Below, one piece after another: positions 36,541 to 49,765 of a stretch of 64,000 nt of DNA. How positions within the stretch are numbered: the first letter of the stretch is position 1; each line of letters begins with the position of its first letter. The notes beneath the pieces are model-generated. The model did not search any database, was not told the origin of the DNA, and was given only the letters and a program-made list of their open reading frames with translations. Origin of the DNA: Cetorhinus maximus (lineage: Eukaryota); assembly GCF_964194155.1 (NCBI RefSeq), contig NC_135901.1:25110001-25174000 (forward strand), read 5' to 3'. The translations under genes and the position numbers were made by a program.

Positions 36541-36598
36541 CTCCACTGAATATGGTTGTGTCCTGGATGTGATTAACAGCAAAATCCATCTCCTGAAG

Positions 36599-37805
<1,207 letters not shown>

Positions 37806-38604
37806 GTGCAAGAGTCTATGCTATTCAGATTATGATAAATTGGGCCACTCCGTCAGATCCTAACGTGATATTTGGTTTGAGTTTCTTGTCGACAATCCTC
37901 CCTTTCTAACCCCCTGTGAAATGGTGAAAGAGAGTTAATGTTTTAGGATGTGCAGATTGAATTACAGGGAAGAAAAATGGAGCATCATTTGACCGTCATT
38001 ATAAGCTCAGAAGCAGAAAATAAATGATTTCTGGTGCAGGAAAAGTAATTCGTCAGCATGGGAAGATAAAGCTGGTAAATCAGCAGTGAATAGCCTGGGG
38101 ATGGCAGTAGAAACTTCATTCGGACACAGTTTGTGGAAATAACAGTAAAATATCAGGCATGGTTAAATTACACCCATTATTAGAGGCAGACGAAGTTAGA
38201 CAGTGACAGAGAAGTGACTGGGGAGGGCAAAGGTGAAACAGATGGACATTGATTCAGATCCATGGTAAAGGAGCCACACGAGCCCCAGAGATATGGAACC
38301 ACAGCACATCACTAAAAGCTCTAAATTGTAGATGAATGCTTAATAATACTCATTTCTAAAACGATTTCACTGTTTTCACATTTAAAATCTCCTGCTGGAG
38401 ACGGCAGCTGGAAAGATATCAGAAACATTGGAGTCAGCTGAAATTCTAGCAGCTTTCAAATCTTCTAACCCCCTGTAGGAGATCTCAAATATCATAACCG
38501 TCAGTTGACGATATAAATTAAAAAGAGATGGGACATTTTGAGTTTACAGCATGTAAACCTGTGAAAAGAATTTTCAAAAGACATCAGTCAGTCCAGCATA
38601 AAAA

Positions 38605-39207
38605 TTCGAGAGGACTAGAATATAAAAGCAGGGATGTGCTGCTGAGGCTTTATAAGGCTCTGGTCAGACCACATTTAGAATATTGAGCAATTTTGGGCCC
38701 CGTATCTCAGGAAGGATGTGCTGGCCCTGGAGAGGGTCCAGAGGAGGTTCACGAGAATGATCCCAGGAATGAAAGGCTTAACATATGAGGAACGTTTGAG
38801 GACTCTGGGTCTATACTCAATGGAGTTTAGAAGGATGAGGGGGCATCTGATTGAAACTTACAGAATACTGAAAGGCCTGGATAGAATGGATGTTTCCATT
38901 AGTAGGAGAGACTCGGACCCGAGGGCACAGCCTCAGAGTAAAGGGAAGACCTTTTAGAACAGAGATAAGGAGAAACTTCTTTAGCCAGAGAGTGGTGAAT
39001 CTATGGAATTCATTGCCACAGAAGGCTGTGGAGGCCAGGTCATTGAGTGTATTTAAGAGATAGATAGGTTCTTGATTGGTCAGGGGATCAGAGGTTACGG
39101 GGAGAAGGCGGCAGAATGGGGTTGAGAAACTTATCAGCCATGATTGAATGGCGGAGCAGACTCGATGGGCCGAATGGCCTAATTTCTGCTCCTATGTCTT
39201 ATGGTCT
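38605..39207 (+). mobile_element. Young CR1 3' fragment (about 600 bp)
   Basis: RGLEYKSRDVLLRLYKALVRPHLEY..LERVQRRFTRMIPG; tail TGCTCCTATGTCTTATGG. Confidence 0.92.
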
Positions 39208-39395
39208 AAGATAAAAGCAAAATACTGCAGATGCTGGAAATCTGAAACAAAAACAAAAATTGCTGGAAAAACTCAGCAGTTCTGACAGCATCTGTGGAGT
39301 GAGAAACAGAGATAACATTTCGAGTCCAGATGACTCATCTTCAGAATGCTCTGTCAGACCTGCTGAGTTTTCCCAGCAATTTTTGATTTTGTTTC
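39208..39395 (-). mobile_element. Penelope-derived repeat with hammerhead and a partial inverted arm
   Basis: Minus strand CTGAAGA T GAGTC ATCTG GACTC GAAAT GTT. Confidence 0.8.
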
Positions 39396-39921
39396 CTGAA
39401 GGAGCTGACTCTGGCTGGGTTCAAATCCACAGTCACTGGTTTTTCTCTGATAGTTTATATTCACTGCTTTACAGAATGAAACAGCACAGATGAAAACCAT
39501 TCGGCCCATCATGCCTGTGCTGGTTCTTTTGGAAAATCTATCCAATCAATTCCACAGCCCTACTGGCAGAGACAGAACAATGAATATCTGCTGTAGTAAT
39601 GCAAGGATTAATTGAACATGTTTTCCTCTGTGTGTTTCTCAGACACACTCACCCCTGTGGAAAGATCGATTGCCCAGTGTATTAAGCAGATATTAAGGGT
39701 TCACTGGTTAGTTAAGCACATAGAATACCTGGTCGAGCTTAATTCAATAATTCTACACTCCCCACACATTATAAGTAAAGGGCCAAGTTAAGGGAGTATC
39801 TCCGGTGTGATAGAGCGGGTGAATTTTGGAGTACAGTTGTAAAGCAGTATTAACACTCTAAAATCACAAAATTACCAATTGGTTGGTGTGTTTCAGTATG
39901 AAAGAATCCCAGATGATCCCA

Positions 39922-41277
39922 GGTTATTGGAGAAAATTCTGAAGGAGAGAATCTATCTCCACTTCGAGAGGCAAGTTTTGATCAGGGATAATCAGCATGG
40001 CTTTTTCAGAGGGAGGTCATGCCTAACAAATTTGATTGAATTTTTTGAGGAGGTGACCAGGTGTGTAGATGAGGGTAGTGTAGTTCATGTAGTTTACGTG
40101 GATTTCAGCAAAGCCTTTGACAAGGTCCCACATGGGAGACTTATAAAGAAGGCAAATGCACATGGGATATAGGATAATTTGATAAGGTGGATTCAAAATT
40201 GGCTTAGTTGTAGGAGACAGAATGTGATGACAGAAAGATGTTTTAGTGACTGGAAGCCAGTGTCCAATGGCGTACCACAGGGATCTTTGCTGGGTCCCCT
40301 ATTATTCATCATTTATATAAACGACATAGATGACTATGTGGGAGGTAGGATTAGTAAGTTTGCGGATGACACAAAGATTGGCTGGGTGGTTAACAGTGAG
40401 GTTGATTGTCTTGGGTGACAGGAAGATAGAGACGAGATGGTCAAATGGGCAGATAAGTGGCAGATGGACTTTAACCCTGAAAAGTGTGAGGCGATACACT
40501 TTGGAAGGAGTAATTTGACAAGGAAGTATTCAATGAACGGCATGACACTAGGAAGTTCTGAGGAACAAAGGGACATTGGCGTGTGTGTCCATAGATCTCT
40601 GAAGGCGGAGGGGCATGTTAGTGGGGTGATGAAAAAGGCATATGGGACACTTGCCTTTATCAGTCGAGGCATAGGTTGCAAAAGTAGGGAGGTCATGTTG
40701 GAGTTGTATAGAACCTTGGTAAGGCCACAGCTGGAGTACTGTATGCAGTTCTGGTCGCTACATTATATGAAGGATATGGTTGCACTGGTGGGGATGCAGA
40801 GGAGATTCACCAGGATGTTGCCTGGGATGAAATATTTAAGTTATGAAGAGAGGTTGGATAGACTTGGGTTGTTTTCGTTGGAGCAGAGAAGACTGAGGGG
40901 CGACCTGATCGAGGTGTACAAGATTATGAGGGGCATGGACAGGGTGGATAGGGAGCTGCTGTTCCCCTTAGTTGAAGGGTCAGTCACGAGGGGACACAAG
41001 TTCAAGGTGAGGGGCAGGAGGTTTAGGGGGGATATGAGGAAAATCTTTTTACCCAGAGGGTGGTGACGGTCTGGAATGCACTGCCTGGGAGGGCAGTGGA
41101 GGTGGGTTGCCCCACATCCTTTAAAAAGTACCTGGATGAGCACTTGGCACGTCATAACATTCAAGGCTATGGGCCAAGTGCTGGTAAATGGGATTAGATA
41201 GGTAGGTCAGATGTTTCTCACGTGCCGGTGCAGACTCGATGGGCCGAAGGGCCTCTTCTGCATTGTGTGATTATGTG
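39922..41277 (+). mobile_element. CR1/HER1-type LINE, RT to 3' end (same subfamily as 9281-10747)
   Basis: GVPQGSLLGPLLFIIYINDI..KFADDTK; ORF 40437..41066. Confidence 0.95.
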
Positions 41278-41559
41278 ACGATTGAAGTGAGAGGCCGTGT
41301 CCACTGGACCTGTTGAAGCCACATTACTGTTAAACTCATTGGGGTTTATGTGGACTGTATCAGAATGGTGCTTTGTCTTTGTTTCCCCATGAGACCTGTA
41401 ACATCCTTATGAAATACCCACCACAATATCTAGCCCATAAATCTGAGGTAATTGTGATCACAGCCCTTCAAACCGTTGCAGAGAGAATCTCCAACTATTC
41501 TGAAAGATCTTTTGGTTGTAACTCCCTCAGTGAAAACCAACATCTCTGGCAAAACACAG

Positions 41560-42900
41560 CTTCTCTACAGCAGAAAGGAAGCCACTCACCCTCCAATTCA
41601 AACTCCACAGGAGTTAGTGAAGAGGTTGATGGTAATAACCAAGCAGACTGATTCAGCAGGAAAGCTGCTCCAGAGGGGATTCCATGGGATCTACCCAAAT
41701 CTCCATCATTGGCACCAGTATGACAGACTCCAGTTAATGCTGATTTGAAAACTTGTCAGGACCATGACCTGATGTGACTCTGGTCAAAGAGGCTATACAC
41801 CATAGGAAAGTCTTCCCCTCATCCCTTGCAGCAAGTAATGATTTACCCATCCTATATCATAAGGTTTTCTATCACAAGGATGGCTCTAATTTGATTTGAA
41901 TCACATCCCAATGCCTTAGAATTTTGTTTGTGAGTAAAATTAGGGGAGTGTTTCTCTGTTTCAAGTCCTCGATTTGTTACATAATTACTAATGGTGGCTG
42001 AGGATGCACCATGATGTCCATCACCACCCGAATCTGCGTCTCATCTGTGTCCAAATTAAGCCAGCTTCTGCCAAATGAAAGGTGCCATTAACATGTCCCA
42101 TCTTAATGATGTCCCTGGGAAACATTGCAGATTGATTATACAGTCCCACAACCCACAGGAAAAGGAGGTGACTGGTATATCCTCGTAGTTATATATATGT
42201 TTACCTGGTGGATTGAAGCTTTCACTGTCTGTAAAATTGATGTAGTCACTACAGTTGAGATCTTGTGGGAACAGATCTTAATCAGATGGGGCTTTCTGAA
42301 AAGGATAGAGGGTGATAATGGTTCTCATTTCACTGCAGACGTAATGCAGCAGCTCTTTCATCTTGTGGGTATGGGACAACATTTCAACATCCCCTACCAC
42401 CCAGAATCCAGTGGAATGGCCGAGAGGATTAATCACTCTTTAGAAACAACACTGAAAAAGCTATCATGAAGGGAGCTGATGATCTGGTCAAGTCCAATGA
42501 TTGGGTCACTGTCTTGCCTCTTGCCTGGCGTCTTAATGACCATTCACTCCACCCCTGTTCACTCCCCTGGTCACAGACCATTTCAGCTCATGACAGGTCT
42601 GCAAATCCAGATTGTGAATTCCCCCCACCGGGGTCCCACTCCCCACTACTATTCGACAGACTCACAAACAGTTTCTCCAGAACCTCCCTGCTAGAGGCAA
42701 TGGAGAAGATGGTGCTGCCCATCTCAAAACTCCAGGGAGAACCACCCCAGCCATTACATTAACTGTTCAATGGGAGATAATTTCACGTTAAAAACATTGC
42801 TAAAATGGGGTGGGGCTGGGAAACCAATTGGGAAGGTCTACATGATGTTCTGAACAATTGGGAGAATCAAATCTTATATTCAGTAATTGGAAACAAGGAA
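41560..42900 (+). mobile_element. Decayed LTR-retroelement/ERV pol (RNase H end and integrase)
   Basis: GNNQAD RNase H motif at about 41630; WW.RM..DV; ORF 42125..42469 QIDY...GDNGSHF...PYHPESSGMAERIN (DDE integrase core). Confidence 0.85.
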
Positions 42901-43020
42901 AGGAAACACAATATCTATATTGCCAAGGAGATCAGTGTTAACAGTGCAAAATGAAAAATCAGATAACCAGCTATAGAATAAATGCTTTGTTTGATTTTAT
43001 CCAAAAGGAACAAGATGTCA

Positions 43021-43240
43021 TAAAAGCAAAATAGTGCAGATGCCGGAAATCTGAAACAAAAACAGAGCATGCTGGAAAAACTCAGCAGGTCTGACAGCAT
43101 CTGTGGAGAGAGAAAAACAGAGTTAACATTTAGAGTCTGTATGACTCTTTCAGAGCTAAAGGGAAGTAGAAATGTGATTAAATTTATATTGTTTAAGGGG
43201 GGGGGGGGGCGTGTGCAGCAGGTGAAGCTGAATAGGACAA
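43021..43240 (-). mobile_element. Penelope-derived repeat
   Basis: TAAAAGCAAAATAGTGCAGATGCCGGAAATCTG..GAGTCTGTATGACTCTTTCAG. Confidence 0.8.
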
Positions 43241-43329
43241 GATGTGGATGGTCATCATGCCCCTGGACTGTGTTGAGACTGAAGAGTTATTCCTGCCGTA
43301 TGATCCTCCCCCCAGATTGTGGTGCGTTG

Positions 43330-43740
43330 TGACGTCCTGAGGTTGTGAACAGCATTATATCAATGCAAGTCTTTTTGCCAAGTTGCTGACAACGCGCACT
43401 CTCCTGATGTTGATGTCTGAAGATTTTGCTTTTTGCCCCATATACCCAAACCCAGGTCATTTCTCTATACTGGGGAGAGCAATGGTCCCAACACTGACCC
43501 TGGGGGACACCAGTGTTTACACCCCTCCAGTCTGAAGAACATCCATTAACCATTGCTCTGTTTTCTGTCCTTTCCCAAATTCCTACCCATGCTGCCCCAC
43601 TCCGTTTAATACCATGAGCTTTAACTTTATCAACAAGCCTCCTGTCCAGCACCTTATCAAACACCTTCTGACAATCCATCCACACAACATCTACTGGATT
43701 TCCTTGCTCACTGCACTGTGTTATTCCCTCAGATAATTCC
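43330..43740 (-). mobile_element. Old CR1 RT fragment
   Basis: MDCQKVFDKV..RL..KVKAHGI..GVPQG. Confidence 0.8.
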
Positions 43741-44239
43741 TGCTGTCTGTCCTGAATGAATCCATCTCATTAACAAATGTTGAGATTCAGGTTCAGACTC
43801 TCCCACTCAGCCCTCAAGTCCCTTTCCCTTATTCCTGTTGGTCTGAAGCTCACCTCAGACCCCAGGGCCGGGTTCATGGTGAAACTGATGGTCCTGAGCT
43901 GCCTTTTGGAAAATAACCAGCAATCCAACTTGTCAGTTACAATATTTAATCGAACAAAATTGATCAAAGGTTCTGATAAAATATTCTCCAAAGTTTTCTA
44001 ACATGGCGCTGAGATTGTTCGTGATGATTTCATCATGGTCACCATTACCTGGTGTAGCTCAGGTTTATTTTATACCCGTTCCCGCCCATCGCTGTCCCTG
44101 AGGCACTTTACCCCCACCCAGAATCCCCATCCTATTGGAGAAAACTCAGTCACTGACCTGAGATTAGGGCTTTTAATGGTGGCTCTAACAACCCAGCATG
44201 CACCAAGAGGCAGAATCAACCCTATCTCATAAACACCAG

Positions 44240-44535
44240 AGCCCAAAATAAAACAGTGAACATTATCCCCCAGACCCAAATGTAAAACAGTGAACATTAT
44301 CCCCCAGACCTGAATATAAAACAGTGAACATTATCCCCCACACCCGAATATAAAACAGTGAATATTATCCCCAGACCTGAATATAAAACAGTGAACATTA
44401 TCCCCCAGACCCGAATATAAAAGTTAACATTATCCCCCAGACCCGAATATAAAACAGTGAACATTATCCCCAGACACGAATATAAAACAGTGAACATTAT
44501 CCCCCAGCCCCGAATATAAAACAGTGAATATTGTA
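44240..44535. repeat. 34-bp minisatellite, about 9 copies
   Basis: Unit AATATAAAACAGTGAACATTATCCCCCAGACCCG. Confidence 0.9.
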
Positions 44536-45057
44536 CCCCAGATCTGGAAGCTGCCCTGAGACTGTGACATTCCAATATTCCAGATGTGCTCATTCCAGGA
44601 ACTGGATTTAAGGAACCGATTATTGGAGACCAGGGATACCCCCCTTCAAACTTGCCTCATGTGAGGAACTGCACCAATGAGGTTCAGGAATGATACCAGA
44701 GTCACATGACCACCAGGTGCATCATCGAGCAAAGCATCACAATGTTGAAGATGTGTTTCAGGTATCTGGATAGGTCTGGAGGTGATCTTCAGTATTCGGC
44801 AGCCAGGGACTCCAGAATAATAGTGATGCGCTGCACCCTCACAACATTGCATAGCAGAGGAGGAGGAAGGAACAGACTCGGCTAGTGGGAGATGAGGCAG
44901 CCTGTCAGGTACTGCCTCGGGGTGGCGGGTGAGGCTGGTTAAAGGGTCAGAAGTGAGAACGCTTTGAGTGGAGTTCCCACTTGCATGTCTCCTTTCTCCA
45001 TCATCCCTCTCCTGGACCAGCGTCACATCATTTCTCCCACTGTGCTGCAGACCAGCT
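44534..45057 (+). mobile_element. PIF/Harbinger transposase remnant (HARBI1-like DDE C-terminal half) plus adjacent element sequence
   Basis: LLGDQGYP...HMTTRCIIEQSITMLKMCFRYLDRSGGDLQYS..RIIV...LHNIA across frameshifts. Confidence 0.8.
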
Positions 45058-45500
45058 GGTATCATCCTGGTCAATCTTCTCTGCACCCTCCAGTGTCTCT
45101 ATATCCTTTTCATAATATGGTGACCAGAACCGTACGCTGTGTGGTCTCACCAAGGCTTGATACAGATTCAGCATAACTTCTGTATATTTCAATTCTATCC
45201 CTCTAGAAATAAATCCTAATGCTTGGTTTGCTTTTTTATGGCCTTGTTAACCTGGGGCACAACTTTTATTGTTTGGTGTGTTTGTACTCTGAGATCCCTT
45301 TGTTCCTCTACTCCACCCAGACTCACACCTTTTCCTACCACTGATGTGAAGCTGACTGGTCTATAATTCCCTGGGCATATTCTGTCTACCATTTTAAATA
45401 TAGGAGTTACATTAGCTATTTGCCAGTCTTCAAGCACTACACCTTTTTAATGAATGATTAAATCTGTGTAGTGAGGCTTCTGCTATCTCTTCCCTAGATT
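45058..45500 (-). mobile_element. Rearranged CR1 fragment
   Basis: EDWQIANVTPIFK..PGNYRPVSFTSVVGK joined to VEEQRDLRV. Confidence 0.8.
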
Positions 45501-45829
45501 AAAAAAAAATGTGGTTGCAATCCATTCGGATCTGGTACTTTACCCTCTGAGTTTGATTTGTTTCTTTAATACAGCCCCTTTCTGGACTTTAAATTGACTT
45601 ATCTCATGACTCATCTCATCATTCAATGTCATATCTCCCTGTTCTATCTCCCTGGTAAATACTGAAACACAATAACTATTGAATATTTCTGTCATCTCTC
45701 TATCGTTCCCTGTGGTATTATCCTGCCTAATCCATTAATGGTCCTATTCCCATTCCAGCCTTCCTCTTTTACTGATGTTGTCAACATCCTTCCACCTACA
45801 TAAGATGGTGGACGTGCAGCAAATCAAAT

Positions 45830-47060
45830 CTGTTGGGGATGGGGGAGCTTCATATGGTTCACTTTTACTGATGGCTGAAGAGACCAATCTGTGAGAGGCA
45901 GGTTCTGCCACAGATGGCACATTTGAAGAGGTTCTCAGGTGTGGTTGTGGGTTGTTGTTTTCAGTGTTGGCATCTGTTGCCAAGCCGCTGTAATGGCCAT
46001 CCTCCATCTTGTGAACGTACCCGAGCCAGTGAAGTCACCTCTGCTTGATGAGAGCCAGCATACTTGGGAGATTTGTCTTTGAGAGGACTGCCACATTCCT
46101 GATTCTGTCTCTGAGACGCCCAGAATGTGCCTCAAACAGCGAAGGTGAAAGTTGTTGAGCTTCCTTTCCTGATCACTGTAAATCGTCCATGTTTCACAGA
46201 CAGACAAGGTGCTGAGGACACAGGCGTCATAAACCAGCATCTTGATGTTATTCTATGGACGATTCGTGAGTCAGCCAGAAGTGGAACTGCTTTCCCTATG
46301 CGTGTATCGAGCTCTGTATTGAGAAACAGATTGTCTGTCACTGTGGAACCAAGGTCACAGATTTCACTGACCACTTCCAGCGGGGTGTTATTTAGTGTGA
46401 TATTTAGGGTGGAGATGTGACACCATGTCCCCAAACCACAGTTTTCTTGATGTTTACAGTAAGGGAGAACAAGTTACAGACATGGGAGAGACAGTGCATG
46501 AGTCTTTGTAGCTGAATTTCTGTGTGAGTCACTAGTATGGCATCATCACTGTAGCAGAGGTCTGTGATCGAGACAGGCTGTATTTTTTTGACTTCACTTT
46601 TAGACTGGACAGCTTGTAGAGTTGGCCAGCTGATCGAGTATGCAGGGAAACTCCTTCCATATCTGCAGGGAAGGCTAAGGTCAGGAACATGGAAAAGAAA
46701 ATACCAAACAAAGTGGGGGCTAAGACACAGCCCTGTTTCACTCCATTCTTCACCCTGAAACTGTCAGAAGTGGAGCCGTCAAACTGTACAGTACAGGGTA
46801 TGTTGTTATGAAAGGAGTGGATGAGACTGAGGAGCTTTGATGGACAAAGCTCTTGCTGCAATCTCCTCTGTCACCTTTGTTTTTGTGTATGATGATGATT
46901 TTTGTGTCACTCATGTCCTATAGAATGGATCCTACCTTCCAACAGAGAAGAAAGAAATCATGAAGATATAGCAGTAAACAGGACTTGCTGTGCTTGAGAA
47001 TTTTGCCTGGAATTCCATCCTTGTCGGGTGTCTTTCGGTTTGTCCAACTCAACCATGACA
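45830..47060 (-). mobile_element. RTE-clade LINE fragment
   Basis: PDKDGIP.KILK; F.VKNGVKQGCVLAPTLFGIFF; CVLSTL..CETWT..KLNNFHLRCLRHILG. Confidence 0.88.
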
Positions 47061-47505
47061 GGAAGCTGAGGGAAATAGTTAAACGGAGATTGAGAGATGT
47101 CCGTCTCATGAGAGTTCCTTGATAATTTAATTTCAGAATGAAGTTGTCACTGTATGTAATGTGCATGAAAGTCAGAATTGTCAGCAAGGATTAATCAGCA
47201 TTTCTGATTAGAGATGTTAATCAGACACTGAATTGTAGAGTTTGCACCAAAGATCAATTTTGGATTGAAGTAAAAATTCATAATTTTATTGTTAATAGTT
47301 CCTGGTGAGAGTTCTCGTATTAAGGGGAAAGATCACAGATGGTGCTTTTAAAAAGGGACACTACAGCCCCAAAAATCAGTGACATCTCCAGAATATTAAA
47401 CTCCAGCCGGTTAGAGGGATTGTTAATATCAGCAGAAACAAACCCAGACTATCAATCCTGGGTGTGATTAACAGCAGCAAAATGAGCAAAATCCAACTCC
47501 TGCAG

Positions 47506-48444
47506 TCACTTATGAAGTCGCTCGTGTGTCACTAGACTGCAGGAGCGAGTGAATCCCTTCCCACACACAGAGCAGGTGAACGGTCTCTCTCCAGTGTGAA
47601 CTCGCTGGTGCGCAGAGAGAGCAGATGAACATCTGAACCTTTTTCCACAGTCAGTGCAGCTGAATGGCTTCTCCTCAGTGTGAATTTGCTGGTGTGACTT
47701 AAGGGTGGACGATACAGTGAATCTCTTTCCACACACGGAGCAGGTGAATGGTTTCTCCCCAGTGTGAACTCGCTGGTGTTCAACAAGGGCATATGACTGC
47801 TTGAAACTCTTCCCGCAGGAAGTGCAGCTGAACGGCCTCTCCCCAGTGTGAACTCGCTGATGACTCACCAGACTGGATGACTGAGTAAATCCCTGCCCAC
47901 ACACTGAACAGGTGAACGGCTTCTCCCCAGTGTGAACTCGCTGATGTTCTTCGAGGCTGGATGTATACCTGAACCTCTTTCCACAGGAAGTGCAGCTGAA
48001 TGGCTTCTCCTCAGAGTGAATTCGCTGGTGAGTCACCAGGTTGGATGACTTTGTGAACCCCTTCCCACACATGGAGCAGGTGAACGGTCTCTCCCCAGTG
48101 TGAACTCGCTGATGTTGATTGAGGTCCGATGAAGACCTAAACCTCTTTCCACAGGAAGTGCAGCTGAATGGCCTCTCCTCAGTGTGAATTCTCTGGTGTA
48201 ACATTAGGCAGGTAGGCTGAGTAAATCCCTTGCCACACACGGAACAGGTGAATGGCCTTTCCCCAGTGTGAGTGCGTCGATGGTTTTCCAACCGGGATGG
48301 ATAATTGAAACCTTTACCACAGTCCTCACATTTCCATTGTTTTTCCACGGTGCCGGCCCGGGTGTGACTGCGTCGATGATATTCCAGCCGGGATCTATAA
48401 CTGAATCCTTTACCACAGTCCTCACATTTCCATGGTTTCTCCAT
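47506..48444 (-). CDS. C2H2 zinc-finger protein, 312 aa, 11 intact fingers, no KRAB
   Basis: Uninterrupted ORF with all C2H2 ligands present; acceptor CCTTTTACAG|G at 48797/48796; promoter module at 49240-49620. Confidence 0.92.
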   Translation of the reverse strand: MEKPWKCEDCGKGFSYRSRLEYHRRSHTRAGTVEKQWKCEDCGKGFNYPSRLENHRRTHTGERPFTCSVCGKGFTQPTCLMLHQRIHTEERPFSCTSCGKRFRSSSDLNQHQRVHTGERPFTCSMCGKGFTKSSNLVTHQRIHSEEKPFSCTSCGKRFRYTSSLEEHQRVHTGEKPFTCSVCGQGFTQSSSLVSHQRVHTGERPFSCTSCGKSFKQSYALVEHQRVHTGEKPFTCSVCGKRFTVSSTLKSHQQIHTEEKPFSCTDCGKRFRCSSALSAHQRVHTGERPFTCSVCGKGFTRSCSLVTHERLHK

Positions 48445-49239
48445 GATACCAGTATCCTTTTGTCTCTCCAGGTTGAAGCCTCATCCACACACACAGAACA
48501 CGTGTACAGTTTCTCCCCGCTGTGAATGGTGTGATTAATTTTCAGGCTGTGTAACTTGCTAAAACTCCTTCCACAGTCAGTTAACTGGAACACCCACACT
48601 AGGATGTGTGTTTCTTGGTGCTTTTCCAGTTACACTGATGTTTCAAAACTTCTCCCACAGAAAGAACAGACAAACGTTTCTCCTTCCACGTTCAAAGGCT
48701 GATGATATTCAGGTCCTGATGAACCGAATGACTGTCAGTTCATGACATGAAGTTTGGTTTGAGTTTCCCATCTGTAAATCCTCCCCTAATATTATCCTGT
48801 AAAAGGAGATTACAAAAGTCATCACTTTAAATCCTGGATAGAAATTCAGAACAGACAATTCTAGTTTCGATGGAACATATTTTCCTCTCTTGTTCCCCCA
48901 AAGCTGTAAATCCCCGTCCCACACACTCTCCCTCCTCCCTAGGCTGAAATCCAAACCCATCTCACCATCTCCACCATTTCTTTCCTCCACTCCCAGTTTT
49001 CTCCCTCCCTCTCCTCTGCCTGGGTTCAGTTCTCCAGCTCCTGTCTGCAGACTGACAATAAAATCAATGAGTCTTACTGGGGGTTTGGGGCCTCCAGCGG
49101 TTGTTTCTGAATCCTCCCCGCCCACCTCCCAGGGTTTCCTTCCTTCCCACAGATCAGATTCCTCATTGATTTGAGCCCAAAGTGTAACCTCTTATTTATT
49201 GTCCCCCCTCCCCCATCCTCTGATGTGAACCATCCTCCA

Positions 49240-49620
49240 CTCGCTGACCCAGGATGGCGGCCGTTAACCTGGGCCTGTTCCCGGGGGGGGAGAAGCCCCG
49301 CAGCTGCAAACCAGGAGCTGACAATTATTCCTCAGGGTTTGCGGATCCACAAAGTGTTTCCAAATCCTCCCACCCACCGCCTCGCTCTGACTCCGCTTCT
49401 CCGGGACAAACAGGCGCCTCTTCCCGCAAGGCCATCAATCGCATTGCGCACGCGCCAAGCTTGACAAGGCGCCTGCGCACTGCTGTCCATTTCCAGTAGC
49501 CGCACTACGCATGCTCCAGCTCACAATTTGATTGATTGACGGCAGCTCCGGACCAATAGGGAGAGGGGGCGGGACCGGGGACTGCACTTCTGCCCGCGTC
49601 TCCCTCACTGGCTGAAACTC
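49240..49620 (-). promoter_or_regulatory. CpG-rich ZNF promoter module (inverted paralogue of 12845-13320)
   Basis: GATGGCGGCCGTTAACC, GCGCCTGCGCA, ACGCATGCTC, GGACCAATAGG, GGGGCGGG. Confidence 0.7.
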
Positions 49621-49765
49621 TGCATTATTTTGAAAGCTGATTTATTTCAAACTCCAGGAGAAAACTGGACCTTTCTGTTTGTGGCTTTAAACAGATGAAA
49701 CCCTGTGGGTGTGGAGCAAACATTTCAACATTTGTTTCTGAAATGTGGGAAAATAGTGAAACAAT

